A stretch of DNA of 64,000 nucleotides from Octopus vulgaris (lineage: Eukaryota): assembly GCA_951406725.2 (NCBI GenBank), contig OX597826.1, positions 60,264,001 to 60,328,000 of the forward strand, read 5' to 3'. Under the pieces are notes generated by a model that worked only from the letters and a program-made list of their open reading frames with translations, did not search any database and was not told where the DNA came from. Each line of letters starts with the position of its first letter. Positions within the stretch are counted from its first letter, which is position 1. A program made the position numbers and the translations under genes. This document shows, in pieces, positions 15,689 to 29,197 of this stretch.

Positions 15689-15707
15689 GTGTATATATGT
15701 ATATATA

Positions 15708-15969
15708 CATGTGGACAGCCATATGCTAGAAATAGATCCCCTATGATAAGACTACTGAATTTCTCTAGAGAATATTCTTTCTCTGTAGTTTGATCGTAAG
15801 TGATATATTTGAAAACAAATGGCTGTCCACATGGTGGTTTTTAAACCTTAAAATATACACATGTATTAGAATTTTCTCTATTTTTCAGATTTTTGTATGC
15901 TAGGCTACTGGTTTTAAATTGATATTAATTAAATTAATATTCAATTTAATTCCCACATTATTTAAATCT

Positions 15970-15970
<1 letters not shown>
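15708..15970. mobile_element. TA-embedded repeat related to the 22811 element
   Basis: 15 bp inverted repeat catgtggacagccat/atggctgtccacatg; gctagaaatagatc motif and 3' end tttaaattgat...aaattaatat shared with 22811-23166. Confidence 0.6.
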
Positions 15971-16046
<76 letters not shown>

Positions 16047-16169
16047 CATATATATATATACATATGTACATATATATACACATATACATACATATATAAA
16101 TATATGTGTGTGTTTGTGTGTGTGCGTGCGCGTGTGGACATATTTATAATTGCATCCACAGATGCAATT

Positions 16170-16510
16170 ATCTGACGCCTTGGTATATACGCTCTATTAC
16201 TACTGGATTACCGAAACACTTAAGAGTTCGATATCCCAACACTTTGTCCTCAGCATCACCCATATTAACACCTACAACTCCCCTCACGCAAAACCTACAC
16301 AAACACCTCAGCGGCACACATGCGCACAATACACCTTTGCTCAAAACAATACGAAAGTTCGATCTCTTAACGAATATCAATACCGGAGTTAAAAGCCTCC
16401 TAAAAGGGTCTTTAAAAGACTCCTAATGACAGTCTTTGTCCTGGTAAGGGATTTGTTATTGCAGAAGACCTTTCCGTTAATCTTTATTCTGGTCTTGTAA
16501 CATTTACAGT
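16170..16510 (+). mobile_element. Degenerate PLE GIY-YIG endonuclease 3' remnant
   Basis: Translation [15 protein letters not shown] resembles the YIGxT--LKxRIxQH motif; frameshifted; flanked by microsatellites. Confidence 0.4.
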
Positions 16511-16903
16511 TATAGTCCCAAACACTATGTACGTATGTATCGATATATATATATGTATGTAAGTATGCATGCATACGCACACAGAAACACACCCACACAT
16601 ATACCTATGTTCACATGTACCAACATACATATATGCACATATATTTATGCAACGATATACGTGCATACTTATACTTCTTATTAAACCATATTAAATGTTT
16701 CTTGACGGAAAGTACTAAGGTACTGAGTTACTTGCATTATAGATAATAGCAGCGAGTTCGTTTTATGTACGCGTATATGCACGCGAAATTATGTAATTAA
16801 ACACACAAACTCACACATATATGTATGTATGCTCTCTCTATATACGTGTGTGTTTGTGTGTGTGTGTTTGTGTGTGTGTGTATGTGTGTATCTATATATA
16901 TAC

Positions 16904-16952
<49 letters not shown>

Positions 16953-16987
16953 GGTCCCAGAGTAAATTAATTTATTTTATAGAAGGA

Positions 16988-17036
16988 GCTTCTACAGGAC
17001 TAGAACTGTTTCATTCAAAAGAAATCATCAGGAAGC
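16988..17036 (-). ncRNA. Type I hammerhead ribozyme, left-arm copy
   Basis: Exact reverse complement of 18238-18286. Confidence 0.75.
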
Positions 17037-17805
17037 AAGTAGACAAGAGTTGTTTTGGTATTTATACATTTAGGCAGGTTTAAATGGGTTGTGGTGGGGG
17101 ACTTTTTTGGGGGTAGGCATGGCGCAAAACTGTCATTATTAGGGGAGTGGTCAAAGGAATCGGTGGTAAAGTAGATAAAAGAATAAATAAAAGAATAAAA
17201 AATAAAAATAAAAATAAAAGTAAAAATAAATATAAATATAAATGTGTGCATGTGTATATATGTATGAGTGTATATGTGTATGTATATGTATATGAATGTA
17301 TATGTGTATATATATATGTATATATATGTGTATATGTGTATGTATATGTATGTATGTGTATGTATGTGTACATGTATATGTGTATATATATTAATTAGTG
17401 TATATGTATGGACTAGTCTTATGTGGGTGTGTTGAGGTATGTATGTGTATGCGTGTATGTGAATATACGTGAATGTATGTAGATGTAGGCGTGTATGAAT
17501 ATAACTTGTGCGTGAGTGTACGTGTGGATGTGTGGGCGTGAGTAAGTGCTTGCGTTCGTATCAGTAAGTAGATAGAATAACAGAACCTTTAGAGATCCCT
17601 TGGGACAAGTTTGACCGGTCAAGATAAAAATAAAGATATAAACAAAAGTAGTTAATAAAATTAAAATAAGAGAATAAAGATGTGTGTGTATGTGCGTGCA
17701 TGTATATGCATATGTATATATATGTGCGAGTGGGTATACATATGTGTATGTATGTGTATGTGTTTGTGTATCTGTGTGTACGTACATGAGTATGTGTAGA
17801 TATAT

Positions 17806-17837
<32 letters not shown>

Positions 17838-18237
17838 ATGTGTATGTGTACGTATGTATGTGTATATATATATGTATGTATATGTGGGTATGTATGTATA
17901 TGTATAGATATATGTGAATAGGCGGGTGTGTATATGTGTATGTGTATATATATATATGTAGATGTACAAGTGAGAGTCTCCCCACTTACCTAAAACTTTT
18001 CTATTTATATTTTTTTATATATTTTTTGTTTTAATATTTATATTTATTTTTATTTATTTATTTATTTTTTTATTTTTATTCTTTTATTTATTCTTTTACC
18101 TACTTTACCACCGATTCCTTTGACCACTCCCCTAATAATGACAGTTTTGCGCCATGCCTACCCCCAAAAAAGTCCCCCCCCACCACCCATTTAAACCTGC
18201 CTAAATGTATAAATACCAAAACAACTCTTGTCTACTT

Positions 18238-18286
18238 GCTTCCTGATGATTTCTTTTGAATGAAACAGTTCTAGTCCTGTAGAAGC
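18238..18286 (+). ncRNA. Type I hammerhead ribozyme, right-arm copy
   Basis: GCUUC-CUGAUGA-U-UUC(UUUU)GAA-U-GAAA-CAG(UUCUAGUC)CUG-UA-GAAGC: intact core, three stems, GUA cleavage triplet; U-U instead of G-C at the base of stem II. Confidence 0.75.
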
Positions 18287-18589
18287 TCCTTCTATAAAAT
18301 AAATATATATATATATATATATATATAGTAATACTAATATTACTAGAATTTACCGTATAACGGTCCTGGTTTCATACCGAATTCTATTTGGTGAAATTTA
18401 TTGATTACTTCGTAATTAATTAGTTTTACCCTTAATTGCTATATATATATGGTTTCACATGAAATGTCGCATTTCTAATTATTTGTTATTTCAATCATTT
18501 AAAAACTCAATGATGTATACTATTGTATTTAAAGTTGACTCTTTTTTTCTTTCCCAGTAATATTGGAATACAAAATTCGTCCCCACAGA

Positions 18590-18780
18590 CCTTATGAAAA
18601 TGATAACAACCAAATAGCTGTTGAATGATTTTCTCGTATGAGTACATACTGGGTCACCCTGCTGCAGAGGCTCTACAGAATATCAAGCGGGTCTTTCTTA
18701 ATGGCTTTGTTGACATCAGAACTTTTCAGAGAAGGTTCCAAAATTTTCGTTCAGGTGGTGATAGCCTTGAAAATAAACCA
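18590..18780 (+). mobile_element. Mariner transposase N-terminal HTH fragment
   Basis: FSYEYILGHPAAEALQNIKRVF...RTFQRRFQNFRSGGDSLENKPR matches the mariner FxYEFxxG--A-EA...WF--FRSG--SLEDxPR pattern. Confidence 0.8.
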
Positions 18781-20150
18781 AGGATAATTAAAGGTGTTAC
18801 ATTCCTACTTCCAAAACATGAAGAAACATATTAACCAAAGATTTATCGACCCATAACCTGCTTAACAGCAATGTATAAAGTACTAACATCTGTCTTGACT
18901 GAATATACTTATAGTTTTTTAATGGAAAGTGGCATGTTCGTTAATGAGCAAGAAGGATGTAAACGTGGGTCCTGTGGTTGTAAAGATCAGCTACTCATCA
19001 ATTAGATGATCTTAGGAGATAGTAACAAACGACACAAGTTGTCGATAGACTGGATAGACTATATAAAATACTCTTGATAGTCTACTATGTAGCTGGATTA
19101 AGAAATGTATAAAATCGTACCTACTGTAAATATGAGACCTACACTGACTTACAAATATGAGAACTACACTGACTTTCAACAGTGACAATGAATCTCTCAA
19201 TGTTGGAGATGTAAGAAATGCAAGTGGCATTTTCCAGGGAGACTTTCTATCATTATTCGTCTTTTGTCTAGCCTTAATACCCCTCTCGAAATTGCTCGAT
19301 GATGTACAATATGGCTATAAAATATTATATCTGATAACATCTCTTTTACACGGTTGAATTAAAGTACTTTGCAAAAATGATCAACAACTACTGGGTTTAC
19401 TAGCATTTATTAAGTAATACAGTGATTACACCAGGATGCAATTTGGCTTCGATAAACGTACAAAAGTTACCTTTATGAAAGTAAAAATGATAGCAACATC
19501 CAACGTTAATATTGACCAACAGAACGTCATAAAGGAACAAGAAACAGGGGAGAGCTACAAATACCTAGGGGTATTTGAAGGTGATGAAATCAAACATGCA
19601 ACGATGGAGGAAATGATCAGAAAAGCATGTTTTCCTAGGGTAAGAGCAATACTTAAGACAGCGTTAAATATAAGAAACAGGATCGAAGCGATAAATATTT
19701 TAACCATACCAGTCGTGCCTTACAGTTTCAATATCATTAAGTGGTGTATTACTGAAATATGTAATCTTATTTATTTGTTGCCCACAAGGGGCTAAACATT
19801 GAGGGGACAAACAAGGACAGACAAAGGGATTAAGTTGATTACATCGACTCCAGTGCGTAACTGGTACTTAATTTATCGACACCGAAAGGGTGAAAGGCAA
19901 AGTCGCCCTCAGCGGATTTTGAACTCAGAAAGTAACGGCAGACGAAATACCGCTAAGCATTTCGCCCGGCGTGCTAACGTTTCTGCCAACTCGCCGCCTT
20001 TGAAATATGTAACCTTGAAAGAGAAATACGAAACTTTTTGACAATGCATAGATTGCACCGCCCTAAGACAGATATAAAACGACTTTACCTGTCAAGAAAA
20101 GCGGGTGGCCGTGGACTTTTACAAGTGACTATTTCCAAGATTACCATAGT
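18781..20150 (+). mobile_element. R4/Dong-type (RLE) non-LTR retrotransposon RT fragment, decayed and interrupted by a SINE
   Basis: YRPITCL..MYK, GCKDQLLI, GIFQGDFLS, MQFGFDK, YKYLG and RLYLSRKAGGRGL across stops and frameshifts. Confidence 0.9.
19769..20000 (-). mobile_element. tRNA-derived SINE family B (CORE-like), full length, with 16 bp TSD
   Basis: Minus-strand head aaggcggcgagttggcagaaacgttagc...gagttcaaaatcc; TSD tgaaatatgtaa(t/c)ctt at 19753-19768 and 20001-20016. Confidence 0.92.
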
Positions 20151-20795
20151 AATCAAAAACATCGTCACCGTCTGCGATTAATTACAGGTAATATCATTAC
20201 ACGGATACTATCAGAAAGATACAGTCCGCTGTTGAACCTTTTGAGTGAAATCCGATTTAAATCGTTTAGAGAAAATTACATTCGTTCGTGATGCACACGA
20301 ACCTCTTGCGAAGTATCGGTTCACGTTTCCTTACTAGCGTAGCAATCTTATGAGAAAGACAGAGATCAATCTAAGCTTTATCGAATGATCTATCTGTTTT
20401 ATGGTCGCTATTTAACTTCATTTTCTTCGTTAGTTTATCAAGAGCACCTCGCAAACATTTAATTACGGATTTCAGATATTTATTATCATACCGATAATAA
20501 ATTACCAGTTGAAGATCCTTCTTAGTGAAGCCTTGTTGCCGACTGCTTCATAGTAAGCTATAAGGTTCCGGTGAAACTGAGAATTATACAGAATGAATTG
20601 TTAAACGTAATGATACGTACATTTATTCACATACATATATATAAGTGTATGTCGTGTGTGTGAGAAAGAAAGAGAGAGTAAGAGAGCAAGAGAGAAAACA
20701 CGTGTGTGTGTCGGTGTATGCATGTGTATGTGTATATGTACATACATATATATACACGTACCTGCCCACCATATATATAGAGATAGATAGATAGG

Positions 20796-20919
<124 letters not shown>

Positions 20920-21624
20920 TACAAGTAAATATGTAGTCCAATGGCTGAAACAAAGAAAAGATACAGGATTAAAGATGAATGTATTTATTTATGCATGTGT
21001 ATATGCATGGACACACACCCACAAAAACACACACACACATTTAAGCTATTTAACACACGCACTATGTAAATCTGTCGTAATTGGGTTTATGTATAATTGT
21101 ATCTGACTTTTTAATCGTCTTATTTCTCAGCTGATTTACTCCAACACATCTAGGCAGATCCTAACTAAATTTTACAATATACATCAAGTTATTACATATT
21201 TCAACTATTTTCTTTCTTTCTCTATAACACAAAGCCGTATTCACATGGCGAAGGGTAGTGCCTGTTGCTATGGCCACATCAAAAGATTGAATGTTGGCAA
21301 GAGTCTGTACTCATATTGAAGATATGACTACGAAGAAATAATCCAACTGCCCAGTTATGTTGGGAAACCGTTCACGAAATTAAGTATAACATGCCTTCTA
21401 TGGCCAAAAGTCATATATACGATCGGTTTCTGTAAGATTTCCTTATGACAAGCTTCACTTACAGAGAATGTAGGTCGGCTTGAGGATACTGTTGCGCTAC
21501 AGGATCGAACAATAGGTCACAAATTTATGAAACGTCATTCTTAGACAAAAGCCATGCCTATAGCATCATGCACAATTTCATTTGACGTGATATTTTGTGG
21601 TTAAATTGTGTTATGAAAGTTGAA

Positions 21625-22180
21625 CATGGTAAGCTAGCAGAACCGTTAGAATGCCCGACGAAATGTTTGGAGGTATTTTGTCCAAGGTCAGCTCTGACGT
21701 TCCGTGTCAATACAGTAAGTACAAGTTAGGTATTATGCCGATGTAATTGACGTCTCAACTCGTCAAAATCTGGTAGAACTGTGCAAAAATTTGAAACCAA
21801 ATAAGGTGGCATGCTGGCAGAACCGTTAGCACGTCGTCGATCAAAATGTTTAGTGGAATTTTGTCTGAGGTGGACTTCGACTTCCATCAGTTGTGTGTCA
21901 GTAAAATAAGTATCTGTCAAGTATTGTGTCGATGTAATTGACTTCCCCACACCTCAAATACTGGTGGACCTGAGTAAAAATTCGAAACTATATAAGGCGG
22001 CGTGTGTGTAGAACCGTTAGCACACCGGACAATATGCTTACCAGCATTTCGTCTGTATTTAAGTTTTGAGTTCAAATTCCATCATACATACACACATACA
22101 TAGCTTTCCTGTACTAAACATCCTTTAGGGTAGTCAATCGAATGTTAAGTACTGGGGTTATTGAAATCGATTTCCTCCTC
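21625..22180 (+). mobile_element. Three degenerate head-to-tail SINE family B copies
   Basis: Heads containing agaaccgttag at ~21626, ~21803 and ~21994, spaced 180-190 bp. Confidence 0.7.
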
Positions 22181-22697
22181 TGCTAAAATATGATAGTGTC
22201 ATTTTATGTAGGATGCGATAATTATCTTTCCATTTTCCTATAGATATCTAATTTTACCCACTTAAAGAAAGGTATAAGGTGGCATTATCAATGTTTGCTT
22301 TTAGTAAGCATACATTTACTCTTACGATGAAACGTTAGATCCAGTAGTTAAACCAGATATTTCTTTCATCTGGTGCATTAATATCAAACGATAATCATAC
22401 TATAATAGCAGCGATAGTATTCAAAATATATAAAAAAGAAAGTTCTAATGGTATTTAAAATCAAAATTTTATTTCATAATTTAAAAGATAATGCAAGTTT
22501 TCAATTACAATGTCTGACTGTCTCTGTGTGTAGACGTGGACACAGGCACACACGAAATGAACACAAACACACGTCTGTGTACAGGTATAGGCAACCGTCA
22601 ACACATACAAGTATGCATGCACACATATAGGTATTATCCGGTTATCGATTTATCCATCTGTCTATCAATCTATCTATATCTATATCTATTTATCTAT

Positions 22698-23211
<514 letters not shown>

Positions 23212-23229
23212 CCATTCTACGGTATGAAC

Positions 23230-23340
23230 AAGGCGTGAAATGTTTTAGGGGAGGGTGCTATTCGATTACATTGAGCCTAGTATTCCACTGGTACTTAATG
23301 TATCGATCCCGAAGGGATGAAAGGCAAACTCGACCTACGG
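23230..23340 (-). mobile_element. Partial SINE family B
   Basis: ctggtacttaatgtatcgatcccgaagggatgaaaggcaaactcgacc matches the family B core; another partial copy at ~28815-28980. Confidence 0.7.
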
Positions 23341-25484
23341 CCCCACATTTTTATGCCCCACAGAGTATGATTAGTTGCATATGCAACCGGGCATAATTTC
23401 TAGTGCAGCTTCGTTCAGGGTCTTTCAACCAGCTTGGCTCGAAACGCACTGTATTTACTTATCTGATCCTTTAAAAATAGGAACTGTAGATTTACTTCGG
23501 CGAAGCCGTAGAGAATAGGAGGAAATAGATGTGAATCATCTATAGAAGAAATATGCCAGATCTTTACATCGGGACACAAATTGTGTAATAGTACACAATA
23601 ACATGTCTTAAGATTATTACACAAACAGTCCAAGAACTTTAAGCTATTCAACACACATACTAGGTAACTCAAGAGCCCATCCACAGATAGGTGGGAATGA
23701 AAGATAGAAGCCCATTTCCAGAACTCCCTAATTGCATACACTTATCCTTAACCAACCTGGTATATATTCCCTTAGCTAGCATAATAAATACCACAGCCAC
23801 GAAAACCGCTGAATAACTGAAAACTTAACATAGAACTGAACTACTCAAAAATGAAATACATTACAAGAACTATAAGCTTGTTGAGAATCCAAGAAATCAT
23901 CTACTATAATACACAAAGCCAGTCAAAACAGTTAAATAAACATTGACCTAATTCGATAGAATCCCTACTTCGGCCAGTAGCTGGTGTGAAGCCGAGGTCA
24001 ACCATAGAATGTAACAACCATACCGGATTTTAGATCTAAATTTACCTCCTATTGCCTCTTACTGAGGCCTAACCAATAACAAAATAACTGACGAAACTGC
24101 ACAGAAAACTATGCCCGGTTGTATATATAACTCCAAATACTGCGTGCGACAGAAACACGTGTTGGTCGCCGTAAGCATGAAAATAAACTGTATGGCATAC
24201 CGCAAAAACAAAGGAAAGAAATTGAGGATGTAAAGGTTTCCATATTCTCTATCGTTATAACTATTGCATATATGCAAAAATATATGTGTATGTGAGTATG
24301 TGTCATGTGGTATCTGTGTGTGTGTGTGTGTGTGTATGTGTGCGTTTATTATTATACGCACAAGCACATATGCACTTTCCGTGTTCTTAATGTGCTTTGT
24401 CCACCGCATGTCTTCCTGTAGTGTATTGTATGTGGAATGGAACTGAATCCCGTCTCCACTTACTTGCCAAATCAACCGCCCGTACAGGTGACGACGGTCT
24501 ATCACCACTTACATATTATCTTTATTGTTGTTGTCATAGTGTTAAAAATCTGCTCCGATGTTTAATACAAGAAAGCTATTAAACATTTTAGTTGGATTTA
24601 TCATAAATATAGTCTCACAATTCTTTCTGTAGATTAGCGAATGCAAAATGGAAAAGGGCAGGATTAAGTATGTTTTATGAAAGACATCAATTTAAACTTT
24701 TAATCCATAAAGCTTTATCGTCAATATCTGACACTAAAAGAATAGTCAAGACTTATGTAAAAGCTGTGCACGAAGAACGAACGAGCAATAATCTACAATC
24801 GTTATTATTAATGAGTCTACTCTGGAATTCGGATATGAGAAGCCATTTGAATATAAGCCTGACTCTTAGTTTTCCAGTTAATGGGTATCATTTTATACAT
24901 ATGCACATTATATAAGTGTGTGTGTGTATATCAGTGTGTGCGCATGGGCGCGCGTACGTGTGAGGGTGTGTGTGTATAAGTATAAATATGACGTACATAT
25001 ATATGAAATGTACTTACCTATGTATTTATGCATATGTTAATATAGATATATGCATATACACAGGTAGGTATATATATATATGTGTGTGTGTGAGTTTGCA
25101 ACAATTAAACACATAAATACCTCCATATATATATATGTATGTATAGACATACACACATACATATATATATACATGTGTACATATATACATACAAATATGC
25201 ATATATGCATATACACAGATGGATATATGTATATATATATATGTGTGTGTGTGTGTGTATGTGAGTATGCTTACATCCACTGCACCTACATGTGCAACAA
25301 TTATATATATACATACATCCATATATATAAGTATGTATATACGTAGACACATACATAAATATACATATATATAAATATATGCATATATAAATACACACAC
25401 ACACACACATATACGTAAATGTCGAACGATGGAATGAAGGCTCAACACCGCATTGGTGGATATATAAGAGGCAGAGAGAGAGAG

Positions 25485-26090
25485 ATGAAAATCATATGGT
25501 TAAATCGACCTCATTGCATAAATGTAGCTACTAACATAGCTAGGAAATTCGTAAAACTAATAGAGAGCCACTTTCCATTTTCACACAAGTATCAGAAGAT
25601 CTTCAACAGCAACACTATAAAAATTGGCTATAGTTACCTCCCAAATATAGTGTCAATAATAGCCAATCACAATAAACATTAATACACCAGAAATACCCTA
25701 GAAATACAATGCAACTTCAGATCTCCAAACCACTGCCCTCTAAACAACAACTGTCTCAAGAAAGAACTTGTACATAAGGCTAACATCACGGACCCCAACG
25801 GAATAGCAAAGACGTATATCAGAATAACGGGCAACTTATTCAAGTACACGTATACACAACATCTTGCATCATTTTTGGAAAAAAGCAAAAACATCCGACA
25901 TCCCCATCAAAGAAGGTAGAATACTCAACCTCTAGAATAGAATGGACAATTATTGCTGAAGCCAAAAAATACAGAGGAGGGGTACCAAATGTGGACTCTG
26001 TATTACTGAAAAGTTAAACATTATGCAATCAACAGATTACACCTTGAACATTATGGATGTAACCTCTCCCTGCATACACAAGTCAGTAAT
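25485..26090 (+). mobile_element. Penelope-like element, probably Naiad clade: RT C-terminus/linker plus GIY-YIG endonuclease, pseudogenised
   Basis: KIIWLNRPH..NVATNIARKF..LIESHFP..HKYQKIFNSNTIKIGYSYLPN, then CNFRSPNHCPLNNNC (CxCx5Cx5C spacing), LVHKA, TYIRITGNLFKYTYTQHLASF, CGLCITEK and SPCIHK. Confidence 0.85.
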
Positions 26091-26594
26091 TTACAATCAA
26101 AGTTTCAAAGAAAAGATCCTATAAACAAAGGCGACCCTCCCAGAATAGCTCCTTTCCTAAACCTGAACGCACATAGCACACGAACTTCAGAAGAAATATA
26201 CCCCAATGAAGAACTACATCAAAATACGAGAACAAAAACTATATACGCAGAACAAAAACTCTTTGCGCAGTACAAAAACAAATAATGCAAAATAATGCAA
26301 ACAAATGAACCACACAAAATATTAACAAACAGACAAATCCAAGGGAGACAAACATCCAAAAATGCCACTCATAAATACCATCCCTTGATTCATTGAACCA
26401 TTGATTTATTTACGCGAACTCCTGTGAACGTAGTTTGACTGCTTTCCAAAATGGAGGCGAACAGCTTTCTCTATGCGTTCCGCTTAAAGAATTCTTAAGA
26501 CACTAAGATATTTTACCTATATTTCTTAACATGTAAGCAATGGTAGCCATAATTCCCAAATAGTAAAAAATGTGTGTGTGAATGTATGTGAATG

Positions 26595-26655
<61 letters not shown>

Positions 26656-27349
26656 ATCTACTCCTCGTACTCATTTTACCTATTAATTGGTTTAAAAAGT
26701 TATCCTCATATTAAAATCAAAGGCGTCTGTTTTACCAACTTGTCATTATCGAAAGATGCTTCAATATTAATTGTCCGAAAAAATATTACAATGAAAGAGT
26801 ACACATGGGGAATAATTCATGAAACTCTAGTTCAAACACGCAGCGATGTTTTTTGCGCGTAACATGGAGGGGACAGCATCGCACCAGTAAACGTGATTTC
26901 TTTGAGTTCTTGCAGTTCTTGGAGTGAAACTTGTGTGGTAGAATTATCGAAGAATGCAGTGATCTATAAGTGGTGGCTGCAGTGAAATAGGAGGAAGCGT
27001 TCGATGATAATTATGACGTACGTAAGATGCATTAATGGCCTCTATTATATGTACGTATTTTGTTTACATTATTGCTAAAGGGACCTTTCAAACACTCTAT
27101 ATGTGTGTGTGAGATAGAGAGAGAGTGTGTGTGTGTGAATGTAAGTTTATATATACGTACATAGCAGATACATATGTATATAAATATATATATGTGTATG
27201 TGAGTGAGTGAGTGTACGTGCGTGCATTCGTGAGCTCGCGCGTGTGTGTGTAACAAATAATGCTGAAGAAAATATATAGTGTACAATGATATTTAACGCA
27301 TTTGAGTATGTTCGAACGTGGGTAAATCTTTTCATTTTAATTTTAATTT

Positions 27350-27473
27350 TTCGTGTGCTATGTGTGTTCAGATTTAGGAAAGGAGCTATTCTAGTAGGGT
27401 TCCCTTCGTTTATAAGAGCTCTTCTTTGAAACTTTTGAGTGTAAAATACTGTTTGTGTATGCAGGGAGAGGTT
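27350..27473 (-). repeat. Inverted copy of the PLE 3' region 26061-26184 (pseudo-LTR fragment)
   Basis: Reverse-complement match including gaatagctcctttcctaaa and aacctctccctgcatacaca. Confidence 0.8.
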
Positions 27474-28378
27474 TCACTATTGGGCTATTAATGACGGCAT
27501 ATAATCGTAAAAGGAATGCGTTCCCGTGTTCTTACTCGAGATCTGTTATTGTTATGGAAGAATCCTAAATGACACCACGTGACTGAAGCTGGACAAACCG
27601 ATTACAATAAATAAGCCCTGTGTCAACTGTCAGGGGCCCGGAGAGTTGACGGTCTTAGTTTGACCTTGCTGATTTACGATGTTAGGTACATGTGTGTTGT
27701 TTTAACATTGAATACTGAGTGTCGTACGTACGTTCGAGCAGTTCGGAGTTCGTTCTGTGTTAATATGTATTTCTGCTATAGGCTATTTTTGGATAACCAC
27801 AACCAACACAATATTTTTGGATAACTACAACCAACACAATTTAACAACAGACGTGTATACACACGTCATAAGAATCATCATAATCGAATACATCGTTTAT
27901 AGCTATTTGAGAGTGTATCTTCTTAGACAAGAGGAAAGGTTTCTCCTGAGACAATTTCCAAAGCTAAAGTTATATATACGATTTTGACAAGTATCATAGT
28001 ACATGTATATATTTTATTCAACGCTGCTTCATGCGAGCCTGTTTAAATAATCCTAACTCGACTAAGATTTACATTAGCTAGCAAATTTATTATTTGCACT
28101 TCTTATATATCAAAACTTGTTTTGGGAGGGCTGTCAGCAACACCTTCGGTGTTCATGACTGATGACTCATAATGACGCAGAGACTCATGCTTTCCACAAT
28201 CTAATGGTGACATGCAAAAAACAATTGTTTTTTTTATTTTTATGTATGCCATATAAGAAGTTAATCGTCTCCTGGGAATATATCTGTGGAAAAACTGGTC
28301 TTTGCACGCTCGAAAAATGCACACCAAAAACATGTTTGATATCATTATACATAAACACACAAACACACACACACACAC

Positions 28379-28467
<89 letters not shown>

Positions 28468-29197
28468 GTATATGTATGTATGTATGTTTGTATGTATATA
28501 TGTATGTATGTATATATACAAGTATTTATGTGTATGTTTATATTATAAGAATTTAGAAATTCAGAGAATTGGAATAAATTATTAATGTATGGTAAATTTT
28601 GAATAACCTTTGAATGGAAAGAAGGAGTACCCGTGATGGTGGGAAAACATTTGCTAGTAATATGTGTATCAGCCACGGTGGATAGAAGTGGAATATACTT
28701 AAAATGGAAACCATGTCCAAATGCTAGCAATAGGTTACTTTTTGTTCAAGACCTCCTGCAAGTTGTGATATTGCGCTTCTGATACTGGATGACAATTTTC
28801 AACCATATTTTCCAGGCTTGGTATTTGATAAAGGTGGTTACGGGCACGTTATTTTATTTATCCCCGAAAGAATGCAAGTCAAAGTCGACCACGAGTGAGG
28901 TTTAAAAGAAGGGCGTAAAGGGCTTGAATGAATATCGTAGGATATTCTATCCGACACGCCAACTCTGCCATGTCACTGCCTTAAAACAAAATAAAAATAT
29001 ACATAATTTTTTTAAAAAACATAAGCAGCTACTAAACAGAAAAAAAAAAGAAAGCGTTATGCCAAAAACAAAAAAAAAACCACCCAATAGCAAAAAACTT
29101 TCTTTTAGAGATATTCGGGTTGACCCAAGTCTTGTCAATAAAACTGGGTCGACAGAAATGTTGTCAGAAGAATTACTCATGCAGTTCAAAGATCCAT

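Larger units (their letters stand above)
16970..18304. mobile_element. Non-autonomous fold-back element with ~270 bp inverted arms, each carrying a hammerhead; probable PLE derivative
   Basis: 16970-17239 is the near-exact reverse complement of 18034-18304; interior is TG/TA microsatellite plus a short unique core; (TA)n lies on both sides. Confidence 0.8.

Noticed and set aside
26100-26500. SECIS element downstream of the Naiad-like ORF
   Set aside because: No convincing AUGA/GA kink-turn stem and no in-frame TGA at Cys positions.
28154-28189. CTGATGA with flanking catga/tcatg
   Set aside because: GAAA is absent and stem II is mismatched; CTGATGA at ~32514, ~36359 and ~39256 also lack supporting stems.
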